Assembly: GCA_017502865.1 (NCBI GenBank)
Contig: JAFVUD010000005.1
Span: forward strand, 16,007-80,006
Source of the DNA: Alphaproteobacteria bacterium
Lineage (GTDB): Bacteria > Pseudomonadota > Alphaproteobacteria > Rs-D84
Reading direction: 5' to 3'
Length of the DNA: 64,000 nucleotides
The first letter of the stretch is position 1. Every line of letters starts with the position of its first letter. The position numbers were made by a program, and so were the translations under genes. Positions 63,758 through 64,000 of this stretch are shown piece by piece. The notes below the pieces were generated by a model. It was not told where the DNA came from, searched no databases, and saw only the letters and a program-made list of their open reading frames with translations.

Positions 63758-64000
63758 CTATCTGGTTGGTACTTTTGTTTTTAATTCGTGATAAATTTCA
63801 CCCAGTGTTCTGTCACCGATTGCCGTCTTGAATCGATAATTCAAAATCGCCATATCATTATTTGTAATCTCAAAACAGTAGCCAGACTGATTTGGAATCC
63901 CACGTGGCACAAATTCTGTCAGGTTATTATCCTTGGCCCGACCAATTCGTGACAACCCGCCAATATCATAGAACATTACATTCATATTGTCTTTGGTCAT
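63758..64000 (-). CDS. Hypothetical small protein (80 aa); ATG exactly at the window edge
   Basis: ORF MTKDNMNVMFYDIGG... No motif was recognised. A longer upstream start outside the window cannot be excluded. Confidence 0.35.
   Translation of the reverse strand: MTKDNMNVMFYDIGGLSRIGRAKDNNLTEFVPRGIPNQSGYCFEITNNDMAILNYRFKTAIGDRTLGEIYHELKTKVPTR

Overview
This is a 64-kb chromosomal window from a compact, AT-leaning bacterial genome. It is most likely an alphaproteobacterium: it has a circularly permuted two-piece tmRNA with an ANDN-type tag, DUF1013, DUF2155 and an AddA-type helicase. It also carries anaerobe-style redox genes (rubrerythrin, 1-Cys peroxiredoxin). I call about 65 CDS, 6 tRNAs that all encode CCA (Ser-GGA, Ser-CGA, Ser-GCT, CAT-anticodon Met/Ile2, Arg-CCG, Gly-CCC) and the tmRNA. 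I saw no rRNA, CRISPR array, IS element, integrase or reverse transcriptase. The housekeeping backbone is dac, mtaB, rpoZ, lon-like/tsaB/rimI, obg, prfB (with the classic +1 frameshift), amiC, ihfB, fused accD-accA, cysS, rpoD, addA, recN, xseA, tsaD and rpsP-rimM-trmD-rplS. The accessory content worth a second look is as follows. (1) A 2,592-aa secreted, cysteine-rich modular giant protein with six tandem ~250-bp intragenic repeats. (2) A ~10-kb neighbourhood of five glycosyltransferases, twin APH-fold kinases and two further secreted Cys-containing proteins wrapped around prfB. (3) A Lon homologue that ends cleanly after the AAA+ module, with no protease domain, and is translationally coupled to an unknown 127-aa ORF. 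(4) An AbiEii-type nucleotidyltransferase with no AbiEi partner, followed by a small metallophosphoesterase. (5) A promoter, a leaderless 12-codon ORF with tandem Cys codons, and a terminator in front of cysS. (6) A ~200-nt structured leader with mutually exclusive pairings and a terminator in front of a secreted repeat protein. (7) Related tRNA-Ser 3'-end duplications next to two different tRNA-Ser genes. (8) AddA split into a helicase ORF and a nuclease ORF, with no adjacent addB. (9) Several consensus promoters sit 7-10 nt from an ATG, implying leaderless mRNAs. All functional calls come from reading motifs in the supplied translations and sequence. No database search was run.
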